A stretch of 47,379 nucleotides of DNA from Fidelibacterota bacterium (lineage in GTDB: Bacteria; Fidelibacterota; Marinisomatia; Marinisomatales; TCS55): assembly GCA_045569095.1 (NCBI GenBank), contig JBJKZU010000089.1:1-47379 (forward strand), in the 5' to 3' direction. This document shows, piece by piece, positions 26,234 through 34,662 of this stretch (position 1 is the stretch's first letter; each line of letters opens with the position of its first letter). The notes beneath the pieces were generated by a model, which saw only the letters and a program-made list of their open reading frames with translations, was not told where the DNA came from and made no database searches. The position numbers were made by a program, and so were the translations under genes.

Positions 26234-27409
26234 ATGATGAAAAGAGCAATGGGTACTCTAATTATAATCGGTCTATTGTTGGTAGGTTGTGTTAAGCAGC
26301 CACCATCACCAGGCGTAACTGATACAGAGATTCTTATTGGAAATGTACAGGATCTCAGTGGTCCAATGAAGGAACTAGGTGCCGTTATTCCTAACGGTTC
26401 AAATATGTATTTTCAATACATTAATGATCAAGGTGGTGTGCACGGTCGTAGTATTAAAATGCTGATTGAAGACCACCAATACAATCCGCAAAAGGCAGTG
26501 GCTGCGACAAAAAAACTAGTGGAAAAGGACCAGGTATTTTGTCTCTATCAGATAATTGGTACTTCTCCATGTGAAGCAATCCGTCCCATATTGTCAGAAA
26601 CAGGCACGCCACTTATTGCGCCTGCAACCAATTCAGGCACTATGTCAGATCTATCCCGCGAAGCCGGGGATCTAATTTTTCATACGGATACAGGATATGA
26701 TAGACAGGCTGAAATTCTGGTGGGTTACATATTAAACCAAAACTCCGAAGCCAAAATTGGTGTCGTTTATCAAGATGATGATTATGGTGAGAATGTTCTG
26801 GAAGGTATTGCCAGGGCAGAATCGGAGCATGAAATTACAGTGCAAAAAGAATCGTATCAGCGTGGTGCTATCGATTTTAAAGGTCAAACAATGAACCTGT
26901 TAAAGGGTGGATGCACAGATGTGATAATCGCAGGAATTATTCGTGAACCAGTTACTGTTATGAAAACTGCAGAAGCTATGAAATATAAGCCAAATTTCTT
27001 TGGTACTGGTCCAACCACGGACGCGCGTGTTGGTAAATTGGCTGGTTCTGCTGGGGAAGGTTTTACTGCTACATATTGGGCCCATATGTGGAATTCCGAT
27101 GCACCTGGACCAAAATTATACCGCGAACTATGTGAAAAGTATGATATACCTGAACCGTACATAGGGTTATATCACTACTATGGATTTGCAACTGCCCAAC
27201 TTTTGGTAGAAGGCTTAGAACGTGCAGGGAGAAATCCTACCAGGAAGAGTTTGGTGAGAGGATTAGAAACACTTAAGGATTGGACTGGACCTCATGGATC
27301 ATTCCCACCTATTACCTATGGCCGTAATGACCATGCCGGTGTTGATAAAGTGCAACTTATTCAAATGCAAAATGGTGAACAGGTGGTAATTACTGATTGG
27401 CTTGAATAA
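26234..27409 (+). CDS. Liv/Leu-Ile-Val-binding-protein-family periplasmic substrate-binding lipoprotein
   Basis: Lipobox LLVGC and a type-I periplasmic binding fold pattern. A strong GGAGGAGGA Shine-Dalgarno lies upstream. Confidence 0.8.
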   Translation: MMKRAMGTLIIIGLLLVGCVKQPPSPGVTDTEILIGNVQDLSGPMKELGAVIPNGSNMYFQYINDQGGVHGRSIKMLIEDHQYNPQKAVAATKKLVEKDQVFCLYQIIGTSPCEAIRPILSETGTPLIAPATNSGTMSDLSREAGDLIFHTDTGYDRQAEILVGYILNQNSEAKIGVVYQDDDYGENVLEGIARAESEHEITVQKESYQRGAIDFKGQTMNLLKGGCTDVIIAGIIREPVTVMKTAEAMKYKPNFFGTGPTTDARVGKLAGSAGEGFTATYWAHMWNSDAPGPKLYRELCEKYDIPEPYIGLYHYYGFATAQLLVEGLERAGRNPTRKSLVRGLETLKDWTGPHGSFPPITYGRNDHAGVDKVQLIQMQNGEQVVITDWLE

Positions 27410-27426
27410 AGCTAAATAAATACATA

Positions 27427-27455
27427 GGGCTCCGATAATTATCGGAGCCCTTTTT
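27427..27455 (+). terminator. intra-operon stem-loop with a T-tract (partial terminator or mRNA-stabilising hairpin) after the binding-protein gene
   Basis: GGGCTCCGAT-AATT-ATCGGAGCCC is a perfect 10-bp stem, followed by TTTTT. It lies 18 nt after the SBP stop and just before the livG ATG at 27460. Confidence 0.7.
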
Positions 27456-27459
27456 GTTT

Positions 27460-28221
27460 ATGCCTGATCTGATTATTGAAAACCTAACAATGCGGTTTGC
27501 TGGTGTTCTTGCGCTGGATGACGTATCCTTTTCCGTAACAAACGGTGAAATATTTTCCCTGATCGGTCCCAATGGATCCGGAAAAACTACACTTTTTAAC
27601 TGTATAAATGGTTTCAACAAACCGCAGGGTGGAAAAATATATTTTAATGGTGATAACCTTTTGGAAAGACGGCCCCATAATATTATTGATTCGGGTATTT
27701 CAAGGACATTTCAAAATGTTCAAAATATCCCCTTCATGACTGTTTTGGATAATATCCTCCTGGGAGCACATAGTCGTATAGATACTAGGGAAACTGTACG
27801 ACGATGGCTTTCTCAGGATCAAAGAGAAATTGAAGAATCAATGGTACTGGACATAATGGATTTCTTGGGTATTGCTAATTACGAACAAAAATATATGCTT
27901 GGCCAGCCTTTTGGAATTCAGAAGCTTGCTGAGATAGCAAGGGCATTAGTCTCAAAACCAAAATTAATACTTTTGGATGAACCTGCGGCTGGTATGAATG
28001 ACCAAGAAACCCGAGAAATAGCTAATATTATTAGAGAAATTAAAGAAGATCTCGGAATCACAGTTTTACTGGTGGAACATGATATGAATTTAGTTATGAG
28101 TATATCGGATCGAATTTGTGTCCTAGATTCGGGACAGATAATAGCTCTTGGTGAACCTGAAGAGATAAAAAATCACCCAAAAGTAATCGAGATTTACCTG
28201 GGAGAAACGGCTGATGCTTAA
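27460..28221 (+). CDS. livG: Liv-type ABC transporter ATP-binding protein (LivG family)
   Basis: Walker A GPNGSGKTT, Walker B LILLDEPAAGM and H-loop VEHDM. I prefer the ATG at 27460 because the TTG at 27454 sits in the terminator T-tract. Confidence 0.85.
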   Translation: MPDLIIENLTMRFAGVLALDDVSFSVTNGEIFSLIGPNGSGKTTLFNCINGFNKPQGGKIYFNGDNLLERRPHNIIDSGISRTFQNVQNIPFMTVLDNILLGAHSRIDTRETVRRWLSQDQREIEESMVLDIMDFLGIANYEQKYMLGQPFGIQKLAEIARALVSKPKLILLDEPAAGMNDQETREIANIIREIKEDLGITVLLVEHDMNLVMSISDRICVLDSGQIIALGEPEEIKNHPKVIEIYLGETADA

Positions 28222-28951
28222 AATGGTCGGAGTAGAAACATTTTATGGAAAAGTAAAAGCTTTGCATGGTGTTTCTCTAGATGTAAAGGAAGGGCAACTT
28301 GTAACTATACTTGGCGCGAATGGCGCTGGTAAATCAACTATACTAAAAACCATTAGTGGATTGGTTGAACCAGAAAATGGGACTATTCATTTTAATGATA
28401 TTCGTATCGATCGGAAAAATCCTGAAGATATTGTAGCTATGGGCATTAGCCATGTACCTGAATGGCGCAGAATTTTCCCTGAACTTACTGTATATGAAAA
28501 TCTTATTATGGGCGGATTTTTATTAAAGGAAAAGGATTTGTTACATCGCAGAATGGAAGAAGCGTATATGCATTTTCCTGTCCTTCGTAATCGTCAAAAA
28601 CAACGTGCCGGAACTCTTAGTGGTGGGGAGCAGCAAATGTTAGCTATATCCCGCGCATTAATGATCAAACCAAAGCTTTTGTTGTTAGATGAACCTTCAT
28701 TAGGTCTCTCACCATTATTGGTTCAGGATATTTTTTCGACTATCAAAGAATTACATCAGTCAGGTGTGACAATATTGTTGGTAGAGCAAAACGTTAACCA
28801 TGCCTTAAAAATAGCAGACTATGGCTATGTAATTACTACCGGAAAAATATTTTTAAGTGGTACATATGAGGATCTTCTTGATGAAGAAAAAGTTCGTGAA
28901 CAGTATTTAGGAGAAGGTAAATACACGAGAAGAGATAAGCTTTGGGGATGA
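28214..28951 (+). CDS. livF: Liv-type ABC transporter ATP-binding protein (LivF family)
   Basis: Walker A GANGAGKST, signature LSGGEQQM and Walker B LLLLDEPSLGL. 8-nt overlap with livG. Confidence 0.85.
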   Translation: MLKMVGVETFYGKVKALHGVSLDVKEGQLVTILGANGAGKSTILKTISGLVEPENGTIHFNDIRIDRKNPEDIVAMGISHVPEWRRIFPELTVYENLIMGGFLLKEKDLLHRRMEEAYMHFPVLRNRQKQRAGTLSGGEQQMLAISRALMIKPKLLLLDEPSLGLSPLLVQDIFSTIKELHQSGVTILLVEQNVNHALKIADYGYVITTGKIFLSGTYEDLLDEEKVREQYLGEGKYTRRDKLWG

Positions 28952-30777
28952 TAATGGCAATACCGGATATAAACAACATAAAAACAGTTCCAAAACTTTT
29001 TTGGTACAATGTCGAAAATTATCGCGATGATGTTACCATGTGGCGCAAGCAAAGAGGTGTATGGGAATCTCATACTTGGGGTGATTATGGTAACTGGTCA
29101 CGAGATATAGGCCACGCTTTAATTGCAGAAGGTTTGAAGCCGGGCGATAAAATATCTATTCTAAGTGAGACACGAATGGAATGGGTCGTATTGGATATGG
29201 CAATAATGGGTATTGGTTGTATTACAGCTCCTGTATATCCATCCAATACAGAAGAACAGGTTAAATACATTGTGAAACATAGTGAAAGCAAAGTTGTATT
29301 TGCTGAAGATCAAGAACAATTAGATAAGATGCTGGTAATCTGGAAAGATTTACCAATGTTAAAGAAAATTGTAGTTATTGACAAATATTATCCGCGGAAT
29401 TTACCAAATGTAACTTCACTAGATGGCTATCGTGATTTAGGTCAATTGCATCGCGGTGAAAATACAGGAAAATTTGAAGAAAGGTTAAAATTGGTCAAAC
29501 CCAATGACATCATTAGCTTTACTTATACATCAGGGACCACGGGTAATCCTAAAGCAGGTATGTTTAATAGCCAAAACGTCATTACTGTGGCAAGGAATTT
29601 ACCCGATATGCTACCTACTTATAGGTCAGATTTGGGAATTTCCTATTTACCACTATCGCATATAGCAGAAAGGCTATTGGGCCATTTTATAAAGCTGTAT
29701 TCGGGTTATGTCACAGTTTTCGCGGATAGTTTAGAAGATATGCCTTATAACCTTCGGCAAAGCGGTCCAACTATTATGTTTGGCACTCCGCGAGTATTTG
29801 AAAAATTTTATGCTAGAATTTCTATAGCAATAAAAGATGCATCATTATTTCAAAAGACAATATACAACTGGGCATTGAGTGTTGGGAAAAATTATACAGA
29901 ATTGAAAGATCAAGGTAGAAAACCCAACCTCTGGCTTAAACTAAATAGAATATTAGCACATTTTCTTGTATATAGAAAAATAAAGGATATGTTTGGTGGT
30001 AACATACGGTTTTTGTTATCAGGCGCTGCGCCAATTTCGCCGAATATTATTCGATATTTCCATTGGATTGGACTTGATATTTACGAAGGCTATGGAATGA
30101 CTGAAACAACCGGAATAGTTACAGGAAATAAAATGGGAAAAGCAAAAATAGGTTCTGTTGGTCAAGCCTTAGCTGATACTGAAATAAGAATTGCTGAAGA
30201 TGGAGAAATATGTACCAGATGTCCACAGAACATTTCAGGATATTATAATAACGAAGAAGCCACTAATGAATTATTAATACCTGATGAAAAGGGTGATATA
30301 TGGTTGCACACGGGAGATATTGGGTATTTAGATGAAGAAGGCTATTTATTTATAACTGATAGAAAAAAAGATATTATCATTACAGCAGGTGGAAAAAATG
30401 TTGCCCCGCAAAATATTGAAAATTTACTTAAGACAAGTCCTTACATAAGTCTGGCAATGGTTTACGGTGATAAAAAACCATATCTTACTGCCCTGGTAAC
30501 TCTAGATGAAGATGAGATTGCCAAATTCGCTCGGGATAAGAAAATAATGTACCAAGATTTAGCTGACCTATCGAAGAAACAGGAAGTACTGGATCTATTA
30601 CATCATGAAATATCTGGTTTAAATCGCGATTTAGCCAGTTATGAAAGTGTTAAAAAATTTCGTATCCTTGAGGAAGAATTAGATCAGGATAAGGATGAAG
30701 TAACCCCGACTTTAAAAGTGAAACGAAAGGTTGTTATTGAGCATTATCAAGATCTGATAAAGGAAATGTATACTTAA
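28948..30777 (+). CDS. long-chain acyl-CoA synthetase (AMP-forming, FAA1/FadD-like)
   Basis: ANL motifs YTSGTTGNPKAG, GYGMTETTG, LHTGDIG, ITDRKKDIIITAGGKNVAPQ and TPTLKVKRK. The ATG at 28948 overlaps the livF stop (ATGA). Confidence 0.85.
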   Translation: MIMAIPDINNIKTVPKLFWYNVENYRDDVTMWRKQRGVWESHTWGDYGNWSRDIGHALIAEGLKPGDKISILSETRMEWVVLDMAIMGIGCITAPVYPSNTEEQVKYIVKHSESKVVFAEDQEQLDKMLVIWKDLPMLKKIVVIDKYYPRNLPNVTSLDGYRDLGQLHRGENTGKFEERLKLVKPNDIISFTYTSGTTGNPKAGMFNSQNVITVARNLPDMLPTYRSDLGISYLPLSHIAERLLGHFIKLYSGYVTVFADSLEDMPYNLRQSGPTIMFGTPRVFEKFYARISIAIKDASLFQKTIYNWALSVGKNYTELKDQGRKPNLWLKLNRILAHFLVYRKIKDMFGGNIRFLLSGAAPISPNIIRYFHWIGLDIYEGYGMTETTGIVTGNKMGKAKIGSVGQALADTEIRIAEDGEICTRCPQNISGYYNNEEATNELLIPDEKGDIWLHTGDIGYLDEEGYLFITDRKKDIIITAGGKNVAPQNIENLLKTSPYISLAMVYGDKKPYLTALVTLDEDEIAKFARDKKIMYQDLADLSKKQEVLDLLHHEISGLNRDLASYESVKKFRILEEELDQDKDEVTPTLKVKRKVVIEHYQDLIKEMYT

Positions 30778-30783
30778 AACATC

Positions 30784-31605
30784 CTATAAAAAGAAATCCG
30801 GCATTAATTCATTGTTATGTACTTGTGCATACTTGCTAAAGTCAGTGATTCCTTCTGATCTCAACAAATCTTCATCAACGAAGTAATTTCCCGTACAAGT
30901 TCTACTATCTTTACATAATATGGTATAAGCAGCATCACCCATAATTTCTGGAGAACGTGCTTTTTTCATTACTTCATCGCCCCCAAGAAGATTTTGTACT
31001 GCAGCTGTTTGAATTACTGTCTTTGGCCATAGAGCATTAACAGCGATACCTTGATTTTTTAGTTCACCGGCCATTCCTAAAACACACAAACTCATTCCAA
31101 ATTTGGACATAGTATAAGCTACATGAGGAGCGAACCATTTCGTTTCCATATTAAGTGGTGGAGATAAATTGAGAATGTGAGGGTTATCTGCTTGCTCTAA
31201 ATGTGGAATACAAAGTTTTGATGTCATGTAGGTACCACGGACATTAATCTGGTGCATAAGGTCGTATCTTTTCATTTCAGTTGCCACCGTTCCGGTAAGC
31301 TGAATAGCGCTAGCATTGTTTACTAAAACATCAATTCCACCAAAGGTTTCTACAGTTTCCTCGATAGCGGACTGTACCTGTTCTTCAAAGCGTATGTCCG
31401 TACAAATGGGAAGTCCTTTTCCGCCAGCTGCATCCATCTCTTCTGCAGCAGTATAAATTGTACCGGGTAATTTTGGATGGGGTTCAGTTGTTTTTGCAGC
31501 AATAACTATGTTTGCACCTTCGCTAGCAAGTTTCAATCCTATAGCTTTTCCAATTCCACGGCTTGCACCAGTGATAAATACTATTTTATTTTTTAATGTA
31601 CTCAT
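30784..31605 (-). CDS. short-chain dehydrogenase/reductase, HSDL2-like subfamily
   Basis: TGASRGIGKAI, AAKTTEPHPKLPGTIYTAAEE and YTMSKFGMS closely track the SDR domain of eukaryotic HSDL2 as I remember it. Confidence 0.85.
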   Translation of the reverse strand: MSTLKNKIVFITGASRGIGKAIGLKLASEGANIVIAAKTTEPHPKLPGTIYTAAEEMDAAGGKGLPICTDIRFEEQVQSAIEETVETFGGIDVLVNNASAIQLTGTVATEMKRYDLMHQINVRGTYMTSKLCIPHLEQADNPHILNLSPPLNMETKWFAPHVAYTMSKFGMSLCVLGMAGELKNQGIAVNALWPKTVIQTAAVQNLLGGDEVMKKARSPEIMGDAAYTILCKDSRTCTGNYFVDEDLLRSEGITDFSKYAQVHNNELMPDFFL

Positions 31606-31619
31606 TACTTTTCCTTTCT

Positions 31620-31758
31620 TTAAAATCTCATCTGTCGGCTGGTCAAATCCCCCATGATCTGTGTGCTGTCAAAATCAAGTTTCTTCCCATTCATCGGAGT
31701 AAGGCCTGATTTCATTTTCAACAAATTCCTGAACTGTTTTAAATAAGGCTTTGTCTAC
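31620..31758 (-). pseudogene. stub of an acyl-CoA dehydrogenase gene (N-terminal ~45 codons, frameshifted, remainder deleted)
   Basis: Minus-strand translation VDKALFKTVQEFVENEIRPYSDEWEET*, then after a +1 shift DFDSTQIMGDLTSRQMRF*. This matches the ACAD N-terminal helix pattern (..V.EF.E.EI.P...EW.E...F). It has no start codon, and the next gene starts 14 nt later. Confidence 0.55.
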
Positions 31759-31776
31759 TCAAATGATTACTTTCCT

Positions 31777-32580
31777 TCATACTGCCCATCCCGGTTTCCG
31801 CTTTTCAAGAAATGAAGCAATTCCTTCACGGCCTTCATCAGACAATACCCGTTCAGCAAAACTTTCTCCTGCTTTGGATACCATTTCTTCCCTTGGTATT
31901 TTTGCAATAAGTCCAATCAACCGTTTTGTTTCTGCAATTGCACCTGGTGCGCATTTTAATACCTGAGTTTTAATATTTTGTTCAAGATCCTCAAGTTCAG
32001 ATTTTGTATTACCAGCAATGTCAGCAAGGCCAATATTTACAGCTTCTTCTCCATTGATTTGGGCCGCTGTTAGCATTAGTTGTTTCCCTTTTGCAAAACC
32101 TAATCTTTGTATGACGAAGGGTGAAATCTGTGCCGGTGTCAATCCAATCATCGTTTCTGTTAAAGAAAATCGAGTATCCTTATGTGTAATAATAAAATCC
32201 CCACTACAAGCTAGACCAACACCCCCAGCCATAGCGGCTCCTTCAATAACCATCACAGTCACCTGTGGCAAAGTATTGATAGATTCAAAGAAATTTCCAG
32301 CTGCAATACTAAATCGAATAACATCTTCTTTTTTTGATTTTCTATCAAATTTGGATTTTATTGCTTTTAAATCAGCACCGGCGCAAAATACTCCTTCTTT
32401 ACCCCGGAAAGTAATTCCCCTTACCGATCCTTCATCGCGAACTGATTTAAAAACATTATTGAAGTCCTCAATCATCTCATTGGTGAGAGCATTACGTCTA
32501 TTGGGTCGATTTAACCAAATAGTGAGCCAGTCATTTGAGATTTCTAATTCTAGATTTTTTGTATGCGGTAGATTATTCAT
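31777..32580 (-). CDS. enoyl-CoA hydratase/isomerase (crotonase) family protein
   Basis: Crotonase motifs LNRPNRRNAL, FCAGADLK and GAAMAGGVGLA. I prefer the ATG at 32580, which is preceded by GAGGAG; the ORF-track extension to 32649 overlaps the upstream stub. Confidence 0.85.
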   Translation of the reverse strand: MNNLPHTKNLELEISNDWLTIWLNRPNRRNALTNEMIEDFNNVFKSVRDEGSVRGITFRGKEGVFCAGADLKAIKSKFDRKSKKEDVIRFSIAAGNFFESINTLPQVTVMVIEGAAMAGGVGLACSGDFIITHKDTRFSLTETMIGLTPAQISPFVIQRLGFAKGKQLMLTAAQINGEEAVNIGLADIAGNTKSELEDLEQNIKTQVLKCAPGAIAETKRLIGLIAKIPREEMVSKAGESFAERVLSDEGREGIASFLEKRKPGWAV

Positions 32581-32590
32581 GATATTCTCC

Positions 32591-32719
32591 TCACAGTAAA
32601 ATTCCATAAGATCCAAGAACAGCAAGTTTATGGGCCTTACATCTCCCAATGCCGCCTCCGGTTACGATAATATTTTTACATGAAATTAATTTCTTTTTGA
32701 AAATTCTGTTATTAGCCAT
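32591..32719 (-). pseudogene. 42-codon ORF that looks like the N-terminal Rossmann beta-alpha-beta of an SDR/NAD(P)-binding enzyme, truncated
   Basis: MANNRIFKKKLISCKNIIVTGGGIGRCKAHKLAVLGSYGILL*. The ATG is 2 nt after the atuA-like stop. The glycine motif is 1-2 residues short of TGxxxGxG, and the ORF stops just before the hydratase Shine-Dalgarno. Confidence 0.4.
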
Positions 32720-32721
32720 AA

Positions 32722-34515
32722 TTATTTTTTCGTTTCCTCAGCGATTTTATATGGAACTGGTATCATTATATCTAAAAGCTGTTGAGCATATGCTTTCCCT
32801 TGCGGGTCTATATTTAAACTGGCCATGCCACCACCACCCAGAGAATTCCTAAGTAAAAAATTTAATGCATCTATTCCTGGAACTTCCCAACGTTCTACTT
32901 CTCCTTTTACAACATGGGAAAAATATTTAGCCACTCTTTTTGGAGTAAGAGAATCCCTAATGTATGGTAGATATTCAGGTTTTCTTGCAATTACACCAAT
33001 ATTAGCATGATCACCTTTATCCCCACTTCGTGCATAAGCTAGATTAATCAAAGAAACCTCTGTATCTGGAGTATCAATATTATCAGACAAATCGGGTATA
33101 GTATTATTATAATCAACATTATTTGATTTTGTTTCCCAAATTTCTAATTCAAACTGTTTTTCATTGAAGTCTACAGTAGTGCGGATATTTTCTTTTGGTA
33201 ATAAAAAAGAAAATAAACGTATAGATGGTGACACAGAAGGTCTTCCGCCAAGCATATTTGTAAAACCAGGCGTCATTCCTGTCGATGCCTGCGCAATTTC
33301 TTGAGAGAGCAATATTAATGCTTCCTTCTGTTTATGTGTTGCAATAATTCGTAATAATACTTCCCGTGGCTTCAGGGTCTTTGCATTTTTACCGTAAGTC
33401 ACTTCAGTGCCAATGATCGATATGTTTGTATCTGTATAATTGGACCAATCATTATCGGAAAACATACGCTCAGTTTTTTTTATAATAGCATTAGCACTCA
33501 CCTGGGCCTTTTGCGCTGCTTTAATCCCAGCAATAATAACAGCTATGCTTATTCGATAGCCTTTTAAGTACGTTGCGGATACCTTATATGTGTCTGTTGG
33601 TGGAAGTCCCTTAGCTCCGCGAACTAATACACGATCTGATCCTAATTCTTCCATTGTAACATTAGTAAAATTGCAAATCACATCAGGCAGGATATAGGTT
33701 CTAGGATCTCCAATTTCATAAAGGAATTGTTCTGCTACAGAACCGAATGAAACAATACCACCTGTGCCATTAGGCTTGGTTACAATAAAATTGCCGTTTG
33801 ACTCAACTTCCACAATGGGAAACCCCATATCGTCAAAATTATCCACTAAGTGCCAATCTGTAAAATTTCCCCCAGTGCATTGTGCTCCGCACTCAATAAT
33901 GTGTCCTGCCAAGCTTCCAGCAGCAAGCAAATCATAATCATCTGCTTTCCAACCAAATTCATACATTAGTGGTCCGAGAACAACAGCGCTGTCCACACAC
34001 CTTCCTGTAATTACCATATCTGCGCCTTGCTCAAGTGCATGTTGAATTCCATGTGCACCAAGATATGCATTAATACTTGTAATACCATCAGGCATGGTTT
34101 GACCTGTTTCCAATTCAGTGACTGGCAATGCCTGCAATTGTTTCTTTTGATCAACTAGATTATCACCTTTGACTAGGGCGATATTTAATTCAACTCCCGC
34201 TTTTTTTGCTTCTTCCATAACAGCTGCACGACATGCTTCAGGGTTTATACCCCCAGCATTACTAATGACCTTGATCCCGCGTTTTTTCACTTCACTTAAA
34301 ATGGGTGACATATGTTTGACAAAATCAGTGGCGTAACCCATATCAGTATTTTTCAATTTTGCACCGGCTAGGATGGACATGGTTACCTCAGCTAGATAAT
34401 CAAATACAAGATAGTCTATTATGTTGGCACTATATACTAATTGTGGTGCAGCACTATTGGTATCGCCCCAAAAAGCAGAAGCGCAGCCAATTTTTATTAT
34501 TTTATTTTTTGCCAT
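32722..34515 (-). CDS. atuA: AtuA-family protein (DUF1446, acyclic terpene utilisation protein A-like), full-length fused form
   Basis: 597 aa with the N-terminal signature IKIGCASAFWGD, and a size matching Pseudomonas AtuA-type proteins. Confidence 0.75.
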   Translation of the reverse strand: MAKNKIIKIGCASAFWGDTNSAAPQLVYSANIIDYLVFDYLAEVTMSILAGAKLKNTDMGYATDFVKHMSPILSEVKKRGIKVISNAGGINPEACRAAVMEEAKKAGVELNIALVKGDNLVDQKKQLQALPVTELETGQTMPDGITSINAYLGAHGIQHALEQGADMVITGRCVDSAVVLGPLMYEFGWKADDYDLLAAGSLAGHIIECGAQCTGGNFTDWHLVDNFDDMGFPIVEVESNGNFIVTKPNGTGGIVSFGSVAEQFLYEIGDPRTYILPDVICNFTNVTMEELGSDRVLVRGAKGLPPTDTYKVSATYLKGYRISIAVIIAGIKAAQKAQVSANAIIKKTERMFSDNDWSNYTDTNISIIGTEVTYGKNAKTLKPREVLLRIIATHKQKEALILLSQEIAQASTGMTPGFTNMLGGRPSVSPSIRLFSFLLPKENIRTTVDFNEKQFELEIWETKSNNVDYNNTIPDLSDNIDTPDTEVSLINLAYARSGDKGDHANIGVIARKPEYLPYIRDSLTPKRVAKYFSHVVKGEVERWEVPGIDALNFLLRNSLGGGGMASLNIDPQGKAYAQQLLDIMIPVPYKIAEETKK

Positions 34516-34649
34516 TAACTAACAATGCCTTGGTCAAATAATATTTTTAATTCGGGTTCAGTAAAAACGATTTCCAATAATATTTCTTTTGAATGAGTTC
34601 CGGGCTGTACACCAATTATGCCTATAATCTGTTTCTGATAATGAAAATT
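34515..34649 (-). pseudogene. stub of a family III (CaiB/BaiF/AMACR-type) CoA-transferase gene (C-terminal ~32-44 codons only)
   Basis: Minus-strand translation ...GVQPGTHSKEILLEIVFTEPELKILFDQGIVS*. This matches the family C-terminal pattern (P.lGeHT.eiL.elGy...ei..L...GvI). It has no start codon, is bounded upstream by an in-frame TAA at 34650-34652, and its TAA overlaps the atuA ATG (TAATG). Confidence 0.55.
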
Positions 34650-34662
34650 TTACCGGATTACC

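Noticed and set aside
24515-27620. Multiple 61-95-aa ORFs antisense to or out of frame within the ABC transporter genes.
   Set aside because: Same reasoning. The permease, SBP and ATPase frames are supported by family motifs, and the alternatives are not.
24252-28951. Literal annotation of the Liv-type transporter as a branched-chain amino-acid importer.
   Set aside because: The family assignment is solid, but the substrate is not. The operon is fused at the translational level to a MaoC hydratase pair and an acyl-CoA ligase, which points to a carboxylic-acid substrate. I kept the liv symbols only as family labels.
32018-32599. 193-aa plus-strand ORF antisense to the enoyl-CoA hydratase gene.
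   Set aside because: It lies entirely inside a well-supported minus-strand CDS. The translation is Ser/Pro/Ala/Ile-rich and low in complexity, with no motif. This is a typical shadow frame.
32581-32649. ORF-track N-terminal extension of the enoyl-CoA hydratase (MGDVRPINLLFLDLMEFYCEENI).
   Set aside because: The ATG at 32580 is preceded by GAGGAG and gives a typical crotonase N-terminus. The extension overlaps, in another frame, the Rossmann-like stub ORF.
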